A stretch of 64,000 nucleotides of DNA. Origin: Eledone cirrhosa. Taxonomy: Eukaryota. Below, one piece after another: positions 36,331 to 49,577 of this stretch (position 1 is the stretch's first letter; each line of letters starts with the position of its first letter). The position numbers and the translations under genes were made by a program. The notes under the pieces are model-generated. The model did not search any database, was not told the DNA's origin, and worked only from the letters and a program-made list of their open reading frames with translations. The DNA lies in the NCBI GenBank assembly GCA_964016885.1, contig CAXHJY010000394.1:16271-80270 (forward strand), written 5' to 3'.

Positions 36331-39130
36331 TTTCTTTATTTGCCACAAGGGCGCACAAGAAAAGGGGACAATACAAAAGACATGCCGGGGATTTACAGTC
36401 GTGTAAAACATATCAAAACAAACAATTACAACAATCGAAATCCCCAAAAGAGAGGAAGCGCGACAAATGGGTTGTTTAATACCCCGTCGATAGAACAACC
36501 CTCAACTCCAGGAGCGTGTTGTGCAAGTGCTCCTTTCTTCCTTTTGCTCTCTTCTTCAACCTACAGGCATATAAACAGAGAAGGCCCAATCACTCGGGTC
36601 ATTTTCGCTTCATTCACCCACCTTTCAGTAAATTTACTGGGGTGCAGTGCCTCTCTCTCCACTCTGATTATCCTTCTAAAGTGATACTTAAAGAAGGGAA
36701 TCAATTGTTGTCCGGAGAGAAAGGCATCTGTCCTCAATCCTCTCAATCTCGTCCACCATATAACTTCTTTCACCATAGCCACCGTACAGAGGAAAACCGC
36801 CTCTCTTTCGTTTTTGAAAGAGGCTGGGGGTTTGATCCTTACTATGGACTCGGCAGTCAACTGGATTTGTCCCATACGCGACAGCAGTTGTTCTGCATAG
36901 TTCCACAGGTCGGTTACGCCCGGGCAGTGTACAATTGCGTGCAGGACTGTTTCAATGTCCTGCGCGCATCTTGGACACGTCCTCTTGGAAGGATCCCTGC
37001 CGAGGCGTCCGTGCCTGTAGACCTTGTCATGAACCGGTAGACCTCCTCGGTAGCACTGCCAGGCCAGGGACCTCTGGAAGTTGTCCATAGGTCCCGGGCG
37101 GAAAGTCCTACCAAACAGACTGGTGAGCTCATCGTCTTCGACGCCCAGAGTCTCTCCTAGCACGTCGTCGCCCTTGTAACGTACAATCCCTCTATAGAAT
37201 GTCGAAGTGGAGTCTCCACAGATTGCTGCGCCCGCTTGCCAGAGGACTGTGAGCGCCTGAGCGCATTCAATGTGCCAGGCACCCATCGTTTTCGGTCTTT
37301 TCTTGACCCAGGACTGCAGCTCCGTCAGCGAGACGAGCTGTGGGAAAGCCTGTCTCACAAACAGTGCCCACACCGGTTGGGGGTCGGTGAGGAATACCTG
37401 GAGATGCCGTAGCCTCAGCGGATGTTTGCGCATCATCAGCCATGGCATTCCCAGCCCTCTGTTGGAAGGGTGCTGACAGCAGATGGATCTCCTCACCAGC
37501 GGAGCCTGCTTCTTCCACAGAAACTGGAAGAGCATGCGTTCCATCTTGGCGAGGTGTTCACGGGGACAAGGCACGACAGTCAAGCGGTAGTAGATGACGG
37601 ACGCTATGAAAGTGTTCGCCACCTCCGCTCGACCTTTCAAGGACAGTTTGCACTCTGTCCACTTCTGGGTGAGTGCAAACACCTTGGCCGTGACCTCGTT
37701 CCAGTTTTTCTCCACCAGGAGGTCTGCACCGAACCAGATCCCGAGCAATTTCACCGATCCGTCCGTCCAGCGTCCAACGATGCTGTCGGACGTCATCGGT
37801 TTGCCTCTCCACGTACCGAGTTCAAACCGACTGACTTGTCCGGGTTTAGTTTTGCTCCCGTCAGCGTTTCGTATTCTTTCAGTAAGTTGCCGATCACCCC
37901 GATTTCCGAGGTGCTCGACACCATTACCGTCACGTCGTCGGCATAAGCCGACGCCGCTTTGCGTAGTCCCGGTTCTAGAGGGATGCCCTACAACAGCTCC
38001 AATTTCCGCAGTAGTGGCTCTAGAGTCAATATATACAGAATGGAGGAGAGAGGGCACCCCTGTCGAATGGAACGCGTGATTGCAAACGGCTCCGATAGGT
38101 AGCCGTTCACCTTGACCCTCGAGCAGATGCTGGTGTGCATCGCCTCCATCCAGCCTCTGAACACGGGACCGAAACCGGCCGTATTGAGAACCGCTTCCAA
38201 GTATCGATGGTCAACCCTATCGAATGCCTTAGACTGATCCAAATTGATCAGAGCCCCACCGAATCCGGGTTTACTACCCACTCTCTCTATGATGTATCGC
38301 ATGAGGTGGAGGTTATCGTGTATGGACCTGGTCGGGATTGCACACGTTTGCGCTTTCCCTACCGGGTTCTCGATGACAAGCGCCAACCTCGTCGCTAGCA
38401 CCTTGGCCAAAATCTTTAACTCTGTGTTGAGCAGAGTTATGGGCCTGAAGTTGTTAAGTTCGTCCGCCTTGTTCTCATCTTTCCTGATCAGCGTTACTAC
38501 GCCCTTGCCTGCAGAACTGGGAATTCTCCCGTTCTGCTGCCAATTGCAGTAGACGGCTTAGAGGACGCCAGAGAACAAGTCCGGCATGCCTAAGTAAAAC
38601 TAATGGGGTAGACCATCTAGATCGGGTAACTTGCGTTTCCCGCAGCGGCCCAGAGCGTCCCGTATATCAGTGTCCGTGATTGGTCTATCGCAGAACTCGG
38701 CGTTCGTGTTCGAGAGACGCGGCAGGCTGTCGAGGTATGAACATAAAGTCCATTGCCCCGTTCGGCTCACCGTCGTTCGGCTCAAACAGTCGCGCAAAGT
38801 GCTGCTGAAAGGCCGCGCACATGTGCTTGGGGTCAAGTAGCACGCGTCCGTTTTGATCTTTCAAAGACCGAATCGTGGACTTGTTGCCACTTTTTGCCTC
38901 CGCCACTTGGGCCCAGCTTACAGCTTTCGCTCCTTCGTTTCCTAGAGCACGTGTTTTGCTTCTGACCACGCCGCCTTCGTGTTTCGCATCGAAGAACTGG
39001 TCCAGTGCCCTTCTCGACGCTAACACTCTAGCCGCATTGCCACTTCTAAGTGCCTCCTCTACCTTGGCTATTAGTTCTCTTTCTAGTTTGTTTTTGTTGA
39101 CGTTCTCCAGCGTGCTTGTGTTGTTCAAGT
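36322..39130 (-). mobile_element. 5'-truncated Tx1/L1-clade LINE (frameshifted ORF2 RT and C-terminus) ending in (TCTA)n
   Basis: ORF2 motifs LPDLDGLP, FRPITLLN, LDQSKAFDRVDH, RSIRQGCPLS, AYADD, CPRC…ETVLHAIVHCP. 3' UTR ends AATAAAGAAAA(TCTA)n. Confidence 0.92.
36561..38410 (-). pseudogene. Tx1/L1 ORF2 reverse transcriptase and CCHC region, frameshifted
   Basis: ORFs 37988-38410 and 36561-38057 join through frameshifts around the YADD motif. Confidence 0.85.
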
Positions 39131-39354
39131 TATTTAGTTTGTAAAATTTGATATTTTAAAACAATTTTTAAAATAAAATTTGCGCCCCTACAGGGGCGAA
39201 ACATGGGATTACCACCCAGCTGATAATTCAGATGGGGGTTAATCTACACAAATAATATGTTTTTTCAAACAATTTGTTCTGTTTTTCGTATATAAATTTA
39301 GAAAAATTCTTACCGGCGATGTTTCACGCGTCAGACAGAAAGATAGATAGATAG

Positions 39355-39480
39355 ATATATTTCTTTATTAGCCACAGGGGCACAAAAGAAGGGGACAAAT
39401 ACAAAGGGGGAAGTTTACATACAATAAAAACGTGTAAAATGTTATCACAGATGGAATTTAAAAGTTAGTCGATTTTCCCC

Positions 39481-39482
<2 letters not shown>
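39355..39482 (-). mobile_element. Short 3' end of a related Tx1-like LINE in (GATA)n
   Basis: TTCTTTATTAGCCACAGGGGCACAAAAGAAGGGGACAA resembles 36332-36370. (GATA)n on both sides. Confidence 0.75.
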
Positions 39483-39546
<64 letters not shown>

Positions 39547-40651
39547 TCAAAATCCAAGTGATTTCACTAAAAATAAAAGAGTACTCAAAACAAACAATAG
39601 AGTAAAATAATTTTTAAGTTATATGTGGTCAATTCATACTTGATTTAAATTTTTGTGCTTAAAGGCTATGGCATTTGCTAGGAATTTTCTGTTTTGTATG
39701 TCAACACCATGCTGTAGTTGTGTATAGAACTTAGTCTAAGGGAGCATAACTATTTCACTTCAGCGTTTTTTTTGTTTTTTTGTGGGAGGTAGGAGGTAGA
39801 ATTTAATAAAATATTAGAATTTATGAAATTTGGAAATTTGTAAAATTCTAAAGTGCTCTTTTTTTTCATCAAGCACGTGATAAAAGGCAAAATCGTTACA
39901 GTGGGGATATAAAATTAGATCATGTCTAAATTCTGCAATGCATTTTGTCTGGCGCTCCATTGGTTCCGCCACCCACTACTATTAATCAAACCAAGTTAGG
40001 AACCCTCAATAATGTTGTCCGATTTGTTAGAAATACCAACCAAAGTTCTCTTAAATCAGGCCCTACAATCATTCATGAATAAAAATACATATTATATAAT
40101 TTATTCTCATTTAAACTATGTCTGAAAACACGAGATCGTTACTGATAGAATGCTTTCGATTACACGCCTGCTCGAACAGGGATAATTTGGAACTAAATAA
40201 CAACAACAATAATAATATGATAATCGGCTAAGTTAAACGGTACACGTTTACATAAGCTCAAATAAATAATAGTCCTTTATTTATATTACTATAACACATA
40301 GACATATCCATACATACACACACACATAAATACACAAACTTCACGCAATTATATAATTGTTTAAATGTCTAAGACGAGTCGTTATTAATACAATTATAGT
40401 GCTTCGGTCAATTATTACCCTCATTGTTAGGGATAAAAAAGTTAAGTTTAACTTCTACAAGGTGCGGTAGATTGACAGAATTGTTAGAATGCGGGACGAA
40501 TTGCTGACTCTAGGTTTTATATTTTCAGAAGTGCATTAAATAAAGTACAACTGTACTCATATTGAAATAAGTAACTGTACCCCGCCTCTGTTTTATACAA
40601 TTTGTAGGTGTTCTTGTGCACCTCATCCCACCCTTCTTCTTCTCTCTCTCC

Positions 40652-40701
<50 letters not shown>

Positions 40702-41247
40702 ATATATATATATATATATATATATGGGGGAATTTTCGTAAAATTGTAGTATTCGAAGGGTTAAACCACTGAATACAATATGTATAGTAAAACTTCGGGT
40801 TAAGATATCACCTCATATTGAACGGAGAGCGAGCGAGAAAGGAAGAAACAGAATCTAAAGCATGAGACCAGCAATGAGAAGAGTGTGTATATATATATAT
40901 AGAGAGAGAGAGAAGAGAAAACTGGGAATGAGATCGATAGAGAACGTTTGCGAAAAGGATAAAATTAATATATATATATATAATGGAAAAATGGACGAGA
41001 CACAGGACTATCTTTTCTCATCAGTCGACCATATGAGGCCCTCGTGATTACACCACGAGGAACTCACGCAGTCGATCAATGACTGAAACCAGTAAATTAT
41101 AGAAACATTCATGTATAAATCTTATTATTGGGGAATTACGTGAAAGATACCCCGTAGGGCTATTTATTGAGTACGTAAATGTTCGTGCGTATGTGTATAT
41201 AATAGTACAAGGACTACAGATGACTCTGTCACCTGTAGCCTTTCACT

Positions 41248-41432
41248 GGTGGATTGGCAGTATCGGTAGAGGGTCGGACGCCATGCTTTCCAGCATAGTT
41301 ACGTCCCTTTACGATCTGAGTTCAAATCCCGCCGAGGTTGACTTTGCCTTTCATCCTTACGGAGTCGATAAAATAAAATACCAGTAATGCACTGGATAAT
41401 TGCTGGCCTTGTGCCTAAAGTAGAAACAACTA
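41248..41432 (+). mobile_element. Meta-type tRNA-derived SINE
   Basis: Full consensus, nearly identical to 15652-15839. Confidence 0.9.
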
Positions 41433-43031
41433 TTTATGTATAACTTCATAAAACATATAACCTATATAACCCCAGTTAATCGACTGTCTTAACGGGATAA
41501 ATATCAATTGCATTCAGCATGCTCCTTCATATATTTAATTACGTTACTTGATAGCCATCACTAAAGTTGAGGTATATAGATGTCCTACATATGAACAAAG
41601 GAGTAGAAATACGGAGTTGTTATATACCTATGTATTTTACCAGTCAATTAGATACCCACCAATTTTGTAGAAAGTCGTTCTTTGATGCCACTGTGTGGAA
41701 TTTTGAGCAAGAATTGTATAACTTGGCTTCGGCTCAACTCCCGCATTGTGAGTGAAATTGGATAGGAAACTATTTGGAAGCCCATCGGGTGAACTGTACC
41801 CATAATTTAAAGAGTCAGACTTGATACACACTATATCACGCTGAATCGCTCAGGGAATTAGGTTAAGTGTGAATGTAGCACTTAAATTTCACGAGCAGGT
41901 TGTTCATTGATCGGACGACTCATCGTCGATAGCGACATCGACTCATTTCATTCTTCAGTTAGAGATTAGAATTTACTTACTGCTAATCTTTGTTTTTTTT
42001 TTTCTTTTAACACAAATAGGTATTCGTATAACAAAATGTTGTTAGTTACTGTGATGATGTTTTGTTTTTGAATGTGCAAGAAAATTTAGTGTACAACGTT
42101 ACTCTGCTTTTAATGCTTAATTAGATGAAAATACCACGAGCTCTCCTCTTTAATTAGCCAATCTATAATGAAACTAGACTCGTATTATATTAATACAATT
42201 AAAATCCGAACACAACTACACACATACTATTAATTTATGATCCATGCGAAAGTATATCTAGTCAGTTCGTGTGTGGTCTATATCTGATATCAGACACTTA
42301 TGAAAACAACGATGTGTTGACGCAACAAGTATGCAAAGTAGGCCATGTGGTGACAGTTAGATGCTATGCCTGTAAGTTACTAGCCTACTAACACACCTAT
42401 ATACCATTGAAAAATATTTAAACTATACAGTCAAAGTGCAAGAATGTCGTTTCGTTTGTTGCTTTTACTTAAAGCTAGTTGTCTGATACAGAGTTTAGTA
42501 AATTGGCTCCATAGTATATATATTCATAGTCTATTAAACTCTGGGCTTGAAATACACAATTGAAGGACTTTTAACAGCCGAAACTAAATATGATATGCCA
42601 CTTAGTCAAAATACTATGATTATTGTAAATTAACTGTTCTCAAAAATTGCAATAGCGTTATTTTAGTGAAGTTTTATAGTGTGTGAATGGCTTCAGTAAA
42701 TTATACATACCAAGTACATATTTCATTGATCTGGAAGAAAGCACATCAAAGTCGACTTCGTAACTGTTTGATCTGAGATCGTATAGCTATTCAATAAAAT
42801 ACTGCAAGATATTTTTGTCTGTACTTCTACCAATTTTACCAATCTATTGGTATATATATCCACAAATATTGATTTCTAATTTTGGAACAAAGCCAGCACA
42901 TTTATTGATTATATTGCCCCAATAATATTGCCCCAATAATTTGACTAGTATGTAATTTATCAATCCTGGAAGGATGAAAGTCAAAATTGAGGTCGGTAGG
43001 ATTTGAACTCAGAATATATATTTTTCTCATG

Positions 43032-43081
43032 ACAGGTTGAATGACTTGGTGCCCAGAACCCAAAGAAACTTGAGTACCTGT
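43032..43081 (+). ncRNA. Variant hammerhead motif with 8-nt core TTGAATGA
   Basis: ACAGG-TTGAATGA-CTTGG…CCAAA-GAAAC-TTGA-GTA-CCTGT. Perfect 5-bp stem I; lies ~20 bp from (TA)n. Confidence 0.6.
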
Positions 43082-43103
43082 TTATGTCACTGTTGTAATT
43101 ACT

Positions 43104-43136
<33 letters not shown>

Positions 43137-43297
43137 ATATATATCACCAGCAGTCACATATACGCATATAAACATATATATATATACATACTATATATAT
43201 ACATGAGCAGTCGTGTATGTATATATATATATATATATATATATAGTATATATATATATATATATATATATACATGAGCAGTCGCATATACGCATAT

Positions 43298-43357
<60 letters not shown>

Positions 43358-43362
43358 TAGAT

Positions 43363-43399
<37 letters not shown>

Positions 43400-43705
43400 C
43401 CCATTCGGTCATGAATGACCAGAGTTTTGCATCTCGAAAGTTCCCCTCCGAAGTCAAGCCCCGGAAAAGGTGTTTTGTGGAAGAACAGCAGTGACCCCAT
43501 GCATACAAGTCCCCCCCCTCTCTCCACACGACGGATGTTGCCCAAGAGAAAGGCAATGGCCGATACAGCTAGGGCACTAGTAACCTCGAAACGAATTTTT
43601 ACAGCTGGGTGAATTGGAGCAACGTGAATTAAAGAGACTTGTTCAAGGACACAACACGTCGCAAGCTCCTCGAGAATCCCAACTATCTAACTACTGTGCT
43701 ACGCA
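43400..43705 (-). mobile_element. Degenerate CORE-type SINE
   Basis: GAGCAACGTGAA…CTTGTTCAAGGACACAAC is the reverse complement of a CORE-like block. Confidence 0.5.
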
Positions 43706-43749
43706 CATTAGTACACACACACACACACACGCATATATATAGATGAGAG

Positions 43750-43854
<105 letters not shown>

Positions 43855-44539
43855 ACACACATATATATATAATATATATATATATATACAAGTTCATACA
43901 CATGACCCTAGATTAACATATATATGTGCGGGACAGATTTATTATGTTTATGTTAAGAACTTGAACAGTATATCTTTTTTACATGTAAACTACGCCTGTC
44001 AGATGAATATTTTGTTGCTGTGAAACAGGATGTACGTTGATTACTTTACCAAATTCATAATAAAATGATCAATGGGAACTACATGTGTGGAGAATTCTAA
44101 TGAAGAGATAACAATGATTTTGTCTGAATTTTTAAGCGATGACATTTGGTCATAATCTACACGTAGACAAACAGACGACTACCCAAATAATACAAACAAA
44201 TGGAGAGACACAAAAATGTGCACACTTTTATTTTATAGCGATATATATATTAGTATATATATATATATATATATATCGCTAATGAAATAAAAGTGTGCAC
44301 ATAAATATGTGTGTGTGTGTGGTTTGATTATGCTGATTGGGAGAGGAAATAATGTATATATTTTATCAAATGATTCTAATGGACATACTTTATCGTATAT
44401 ATAAATATATATATGTATATATAATGTATTTTGCAATACACTTTATGCTTAATTAAAAAGCATTTTGAAAGACCGTAAGCTATTGTTTTGAAGTAGTGAT
44501 AAATTCACTCACTTTGATCTCAGCAAAACAGGGGAGATA

Positions 44540-44584
44540 AGCCGACAAGACTTGTTTCGCTTTGGTTGAAGCATATTCAAGGCC
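44540..44584 (-). ncRNA. Hammerhead motif (mirror of 44819-44862, core altered to TTGAATAT)
   Basis: Reverse complement reads GGCC-TTGAATAT-GCTT.CAACCA.AAGC-GAAAC-AAGTCTT-GTC-GGCT. Confidence 0.55.
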
Positions 44585-44818
44585 AACTACCCCACCTGTT
44601 TGCTGAGATCATTTGATGTTTTAATTAAGCATAAAGTGTATTGCAAAATACATTATATATACATCCATATATATATTGCTATTTCAGAGCTCCAATTCTA
44701 ATTTTTTAATTTCTGCTCTGACCAACAACCGCTCTGCATAATCAGCTCCTGATTATTTACTAAATTTCTATAAGAATATAACATCAAATGATCTCAGCAA
44801 ACAGGTGGGGTAGTTGTT

Positions 44819-44862
44819 GGCCTTGATAAGCTTCAACCAAAGCGAAATAAGTCTTGTCGGCT
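44819..44862 (+). ncRNA. Type I hammerhead motif with U3-A8 core and extended stem I
   Basis: GGCC-TTGATAA-GCTT.CAACCA.AAGC-GAAAT-AAGTCTT-GTC-GGCT. Distal pairing TGATCTCAGCAAACAGG/CCTGTTTGCTGAGATCA. Confidence 0.8.
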
Positions 44863-45049
44863 TATCTCCCCTGTTTGCTGAGATCAAAGTGAGTGAATTT
44901 GTCACTACTTCAAAACAATAGGCTTACGGTCTTCAAAATGCTTTTAATTAAGCATAAAGTTGTATTGCAAAATACATTATATATACATCCATCCATATTG
45001 TATATATTGCTATTTCAGAGCTCCAATTCTAATATATATATATATGTAT

Positions 45050-45452
45050 AAACGAGGATGGATTCAATTAGAAACTGGTTAGACTCACCAGAGTACCCAA
45101 TAATTGGGGTAGTAGAGTAGATTAAATGAAAGTCTTTATATATATAGATAAATATATATATGAATATATAATAAATATTATATATGATATATATATATAT
45201 ATATATTATATAGTAATATTAATATATATATATATATATAGATATATATAACTATATAGATATAATATATATATATAATATAGATATATAGTATATATAT
45301 GATATATATATGTATATGTATATATAGATATATATATATATTATAGTATAATATATACTTATATATTATAAAATGTAGGGACCTGACCGCTGAGCTCTTG
45401 TCATTTCAACAACTAGTTCCAGATTAGCTGTTAAAAACGGTAAGAGCTCAGC
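45050..45452 (-). mobile_element. Diverged fold-back + tail copy of the 23460-25800 family, split by a TA-rich expansion
   Basis: 45050-45125 resembles the reverse complement of the tail. 45375-45452 has a GCTGAGCTCTT/AAGAGCTCAGC fold-back and CCAGATTAGCTG. Confidence 0.55.
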
Positions 45453-47069
45453 ATGCATATATACATACACATATTCATAATTTGGAGCCCCGACGACAAA
45501 CAATAGCGGACCAAGGGGAATTTGCGCAACTTTCAAGGTTTGGGGAGAAGTTTTTTTCAAGATTTTCCAAATATAATGTACTGCATAACTCTCTATTCTA
45601 TTCAACGTATTAATAGTCAGAAATATTATTTATCAAATAAGAGATATCTTTACATATGTCCCAAAGCTGTTAAATGTCGAAGATTTTCGTCGTGTGTGAC
45701 AGGAAACAACTAGCTTATTCATAAAACTAACCGCTAACCCAATGTACTGTGAAATATTCAACAATGTTAATTGTATAGCTACTTCACTTTATAAAAGCCT
45801 AAATAATACATTAGATGAAATAGAGATAACCTCCATGTGTGCATTAAACAGTTGCATTAGTTTTAAATTTAAGAAAACATTCTCTTTTAAGAGCATACAT
45901 TCTAAATATAAAATAAAGTAATCTTTAAGATAATCATAAAACATTAAAATACCATGCATGAGATAAATTTTCTCCGTAAACATCAACACTTAAAGCATAC
46001 TTGTTAAAAAAATATGTGAAATGTACAGAGAATATGAAAACTGTGCAGACTATTGTTTTCAGTGTAAGTGTAAATCTCCATATTAGTCCATCTTACTGAT
46101 TCCACTGTCATCAAATTTTTCCGAAAGCTATGTATGGATAAACTGGGAATGAAACATATTGTAATATAATATTTAAAGTATCGAGCAATGATCAGAATTA
46201 TGTAGCACACATTGCAATATACCCTAATACACAATCCATAGCAATATATGAAAAGCAATTTGGAACATTCTCATTTTATAAAAATTTTACAAATCATCTC
46301 AGTCATTTAATAAATAAAGGAGTAGAATAAACATTAACTCAAATTTGTTATTACAAGACTAGGAGAGGATCAAGTTAGATTGAAACGTAGATAAAATGGC
46401 CATTGGCAAACACGATTGTTATCCGTTAGATTATTTAATACGAAACTATGTACTTCATGTAATATCCTATCAAATACTAAATTAGAAGTAGCAGAATATA
46501 TCAAACAAATCACGGCATCTGTTTATTCTTGTAGTATATTTATAGGCTAATTGTTACGATTGAGATTAAACATTCGAAGGATCTCACACATACGCTCAAG
46601 GCATTTTCGTATTTCTCTATTCTTCACTATAAAATCATAGCTTTACGCTTGCTTTTAAAAAGGTTATATTAAACACTTTTATTTATAATGAAGGATTATA
46701 TTATGGGATTTTTCTTACGTTCAGTTTATAGAGTGATAAATAATAATACTTTTGATACACTTGAGAATAAGCAATTGAATGAAGGCAGTGGGTGGTCCTT
46801 AAGCCGTATATTTCGATAGTTTTTTTTTATAATTTCAAAAATAAAACCTTCATTTAAAATGTGGGAAATGCTGCTTGCTTTGAATTTCATATGTATTCCT
46901 TACATTTAGTTTTAAAAAATTGACAACTTAATGGTAAAGATAAGCTTTTTAAATATATAAATAGCAAATTTGTAACGAGATATTTAGTGGAAGCTCATTT
47001 ATGTAATTCAGGCATGAATACACACACACATATATATATGTACATATTTACACATACACACACAGAAAC

Positions 47070-47106
<37 letters not shown>

Positions 47107-47235
47107 CTTATACATGTGTGTGCATGTGTGTATTATACACATGTATGCTTATATATATATATGCGTGTATTTATGTATACATACAGACAGACAGACACAC
47201 GTACATATACTTCTGTCTGAATGTACATTCTATAT

Positions 47236-47304
<69 letters not shown>

Positions 47305-47664
47305 GAAATTATAACTAATACAAAAATGCGTTGTCATCTGTGGTTGATATATTATTGTGGGCATCATACTAGCCAATAACAGTTTCTACGTTGTGTCTCT
47401 ACTTGATAAATTTAATATCAAATCTCCAGGAAATTTCAGTTTCAAGGAATACAGAAATCATACTCAAAATAAAAATAGAATGGTAATAGCTGAAAGGCAT
47501 TTATATCATAGTCCCGAAAATGGTTGACTTGGAGTTTAACAGCAAAAACTATACCACAGTAAATATAGTCATTGATATATTTCTAGGATGAAATTACGTA
47601 AAAATAACAAACAGTTTAATATGTAGTCAAACATAGAAAAAGAAATATATATTTGTACGTACAC

Positions 47665-47709
<45 letters not shown>

Positions 47710-48147
47710 CGATATTAAACAAATGGAAACTATATTTATAAAACCATATTTATTTCGTTATATATATTTCTGGGATATCATATTAAAAATATGATATGCC
47801 TTCCTCAGACAAAATACAATACATAAGCTGTTTTATAAATAATTTTTGACATACCTTATAATAATGCAACTTCCATTTAAAAATGGAAGTTAAATGGAAG
47901 TTGCATTATTATAAGGTATGTCAAACATTATTTATAAAACAGCTTATGTATTGTATTTTGTCTGAGGAAGGCATACCATATTTTTAATATGATATCCCAG
48001 AAATATATATAACGAAATAAATATAGTTTTATAAATATAGTTTCCAGTTGTTTAATATCGTAAACCTACTCCAGAAACTGTTGAGTGCTTTTATATCAGT
48101 TATAAAATATTTACTCGTTGTAACCCAACAATTTTAAGTAAAACTTT

Positions 48148-48150
<3 letters not shown>
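47710..48150 (+). mobile_element. Solo fold-back pLTR: ~170-bp inverted arms plus ~90-bp tail, in (TA)n
   Basis: 47710-47880 is the reverse complement of 47890-48060. HHRs at 47751-47816 (-) and 47954-48019 (+). Confidence 0.88.
47954..48019 (+). ncRNA. Type I hammerhead ribozyme motif
   Basis: TATTTTGT-CTGAGGA-[..CATATT/AATATG..]-GAAA-TATATA-TA-ACGAAATA. Confidence 0.8.
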
Positions 48151-48177
<27 letters not shown>

Positions 48178-48182
<5 letters not shown>

Positions 48183-48403
48183 GAGTGAGGTTTTTTTTTA
48201 CAAAATGAAAAATAACCGAGGTGTTCTACACGAGTGAAAGTATAAAGGAAAAAAGATGGAATCGAAAATGCAACTGGAGTCTTATTTTTTATTTTATTTT
48301 TTTTTTTAAATATATATATTTATTTGGTTCCTTTACCGGTTTCGCAGTTCTTTTGTTTTTCAAAAGTAGAGTTGAGATGGAGGGTCTGTGGTTTTTCTCA
48401 CAT
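48178..48403 (-). mobile_element. ~210-bp HHR-bearing element, copy 3 (HHR at 48331-48366, stem II mutated)
   Basis: Same ends as the other two copies. Abuts head-to-head another pLTR remnant (48404-48632) with a decayed HHR at 48412-48461. Confidence 0.8.
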
Positions 48404-48631
48404 CTGGTTGGTCTCTGAATGTTACTTGTTTTATATGCCAAAAGTGGCTCGAAATGTCAGGTTTTTCGAGAAGTAATTTGATTGGTTGGTCAATAATTAT
48501 AATAAACTTCGCGCCAGTTCGCGTTACAAAGTTCTTCAAACAAGGGGGGGGGGGTGTCACAGGTTGTTTTTTCATATATGAGTGTTTGAATTTCTGTTTA
48601 CTTGAAAAAAGGGGGCTCACGAAGGCTTTTT

Positions 48632-49018
<387 letters not shown>

Positions 49019-49387
49019 TACGAGGGTAATCCAAAAGTAAGATCTCCAAAGCGTACGGCTGTTAGCAACACTGTTGTGATTGGTTCTTCCTTCACCCCCA
49101 AACAAACATGCGTGCGCTTCGCTGGGATGTTCAATCTTGGCTTGGCAGCCGTTGAGAATGGAGCTCCCGTTGAAGGCTACCGCCAAGTGCGAATTTCGCG
49201 CAGTTATTATATAGAGGGCAATCCCAAAAGTAAGGTCTCCTTCCGAGGAAAGCATGCGTAAAGATCGACGGATCACTCTGGATGCTCTCTGCATTTTGCT
49301 TCCTGAGGTTTCCCGAAGCACCATCCACAGGATTTTAACGGAAAAGTTGCAATATCGGAAGGAGACCTTACTTTTGGAGTTGCCCTC

Positions 49388-49390
<3 letters not shown>
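49019..49390 (+). mobile_element. mariner deletion derivative with three TIR copies
   Basis: TIRs TACGAGGG.AA.CCAAAAGTAAG.TCTCC at both ends and an extra copy at ~49212. Transposase HTH fragment KDRRITLDAL…VSRSTIHRILTEKLQYRK. Confidence 0.85.
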
Positions 49391-49415
<25 letters not shown>

Positions 49416-49420
<5 letters not shown>

Positions 49421-49577
49421 TCAATATAAATCAATATATTTGATAAACACAAATATCCTTGTTTATCAAATATATCGATTTATATTAACCTATATTACAC
49501 AGCGCAGAAATACTCTTTCTTCGAGCTATTTCAGTGTAAATAATCGCCTGAGATTTGAACTCATTATTACTGATTTT
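49416..49577 (+). mobile_element. Mini fold-back + tail unit in (TA)n
   Basis: ~33-bp arms (49416-49449 / 49461-49493) followed by an ~84-bp tail. Confidence 0.6.

Larger units (their letters stand above)
44410..45032 (+). mobile_element. Rearranged fold-back pLTR unit with two opposed HHR copies
   Basis: 44410-44620 is the inverse of 44780-44990. The tail block is duplicated (44621-44700 and 44943-45032). Confidence 0.8.
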
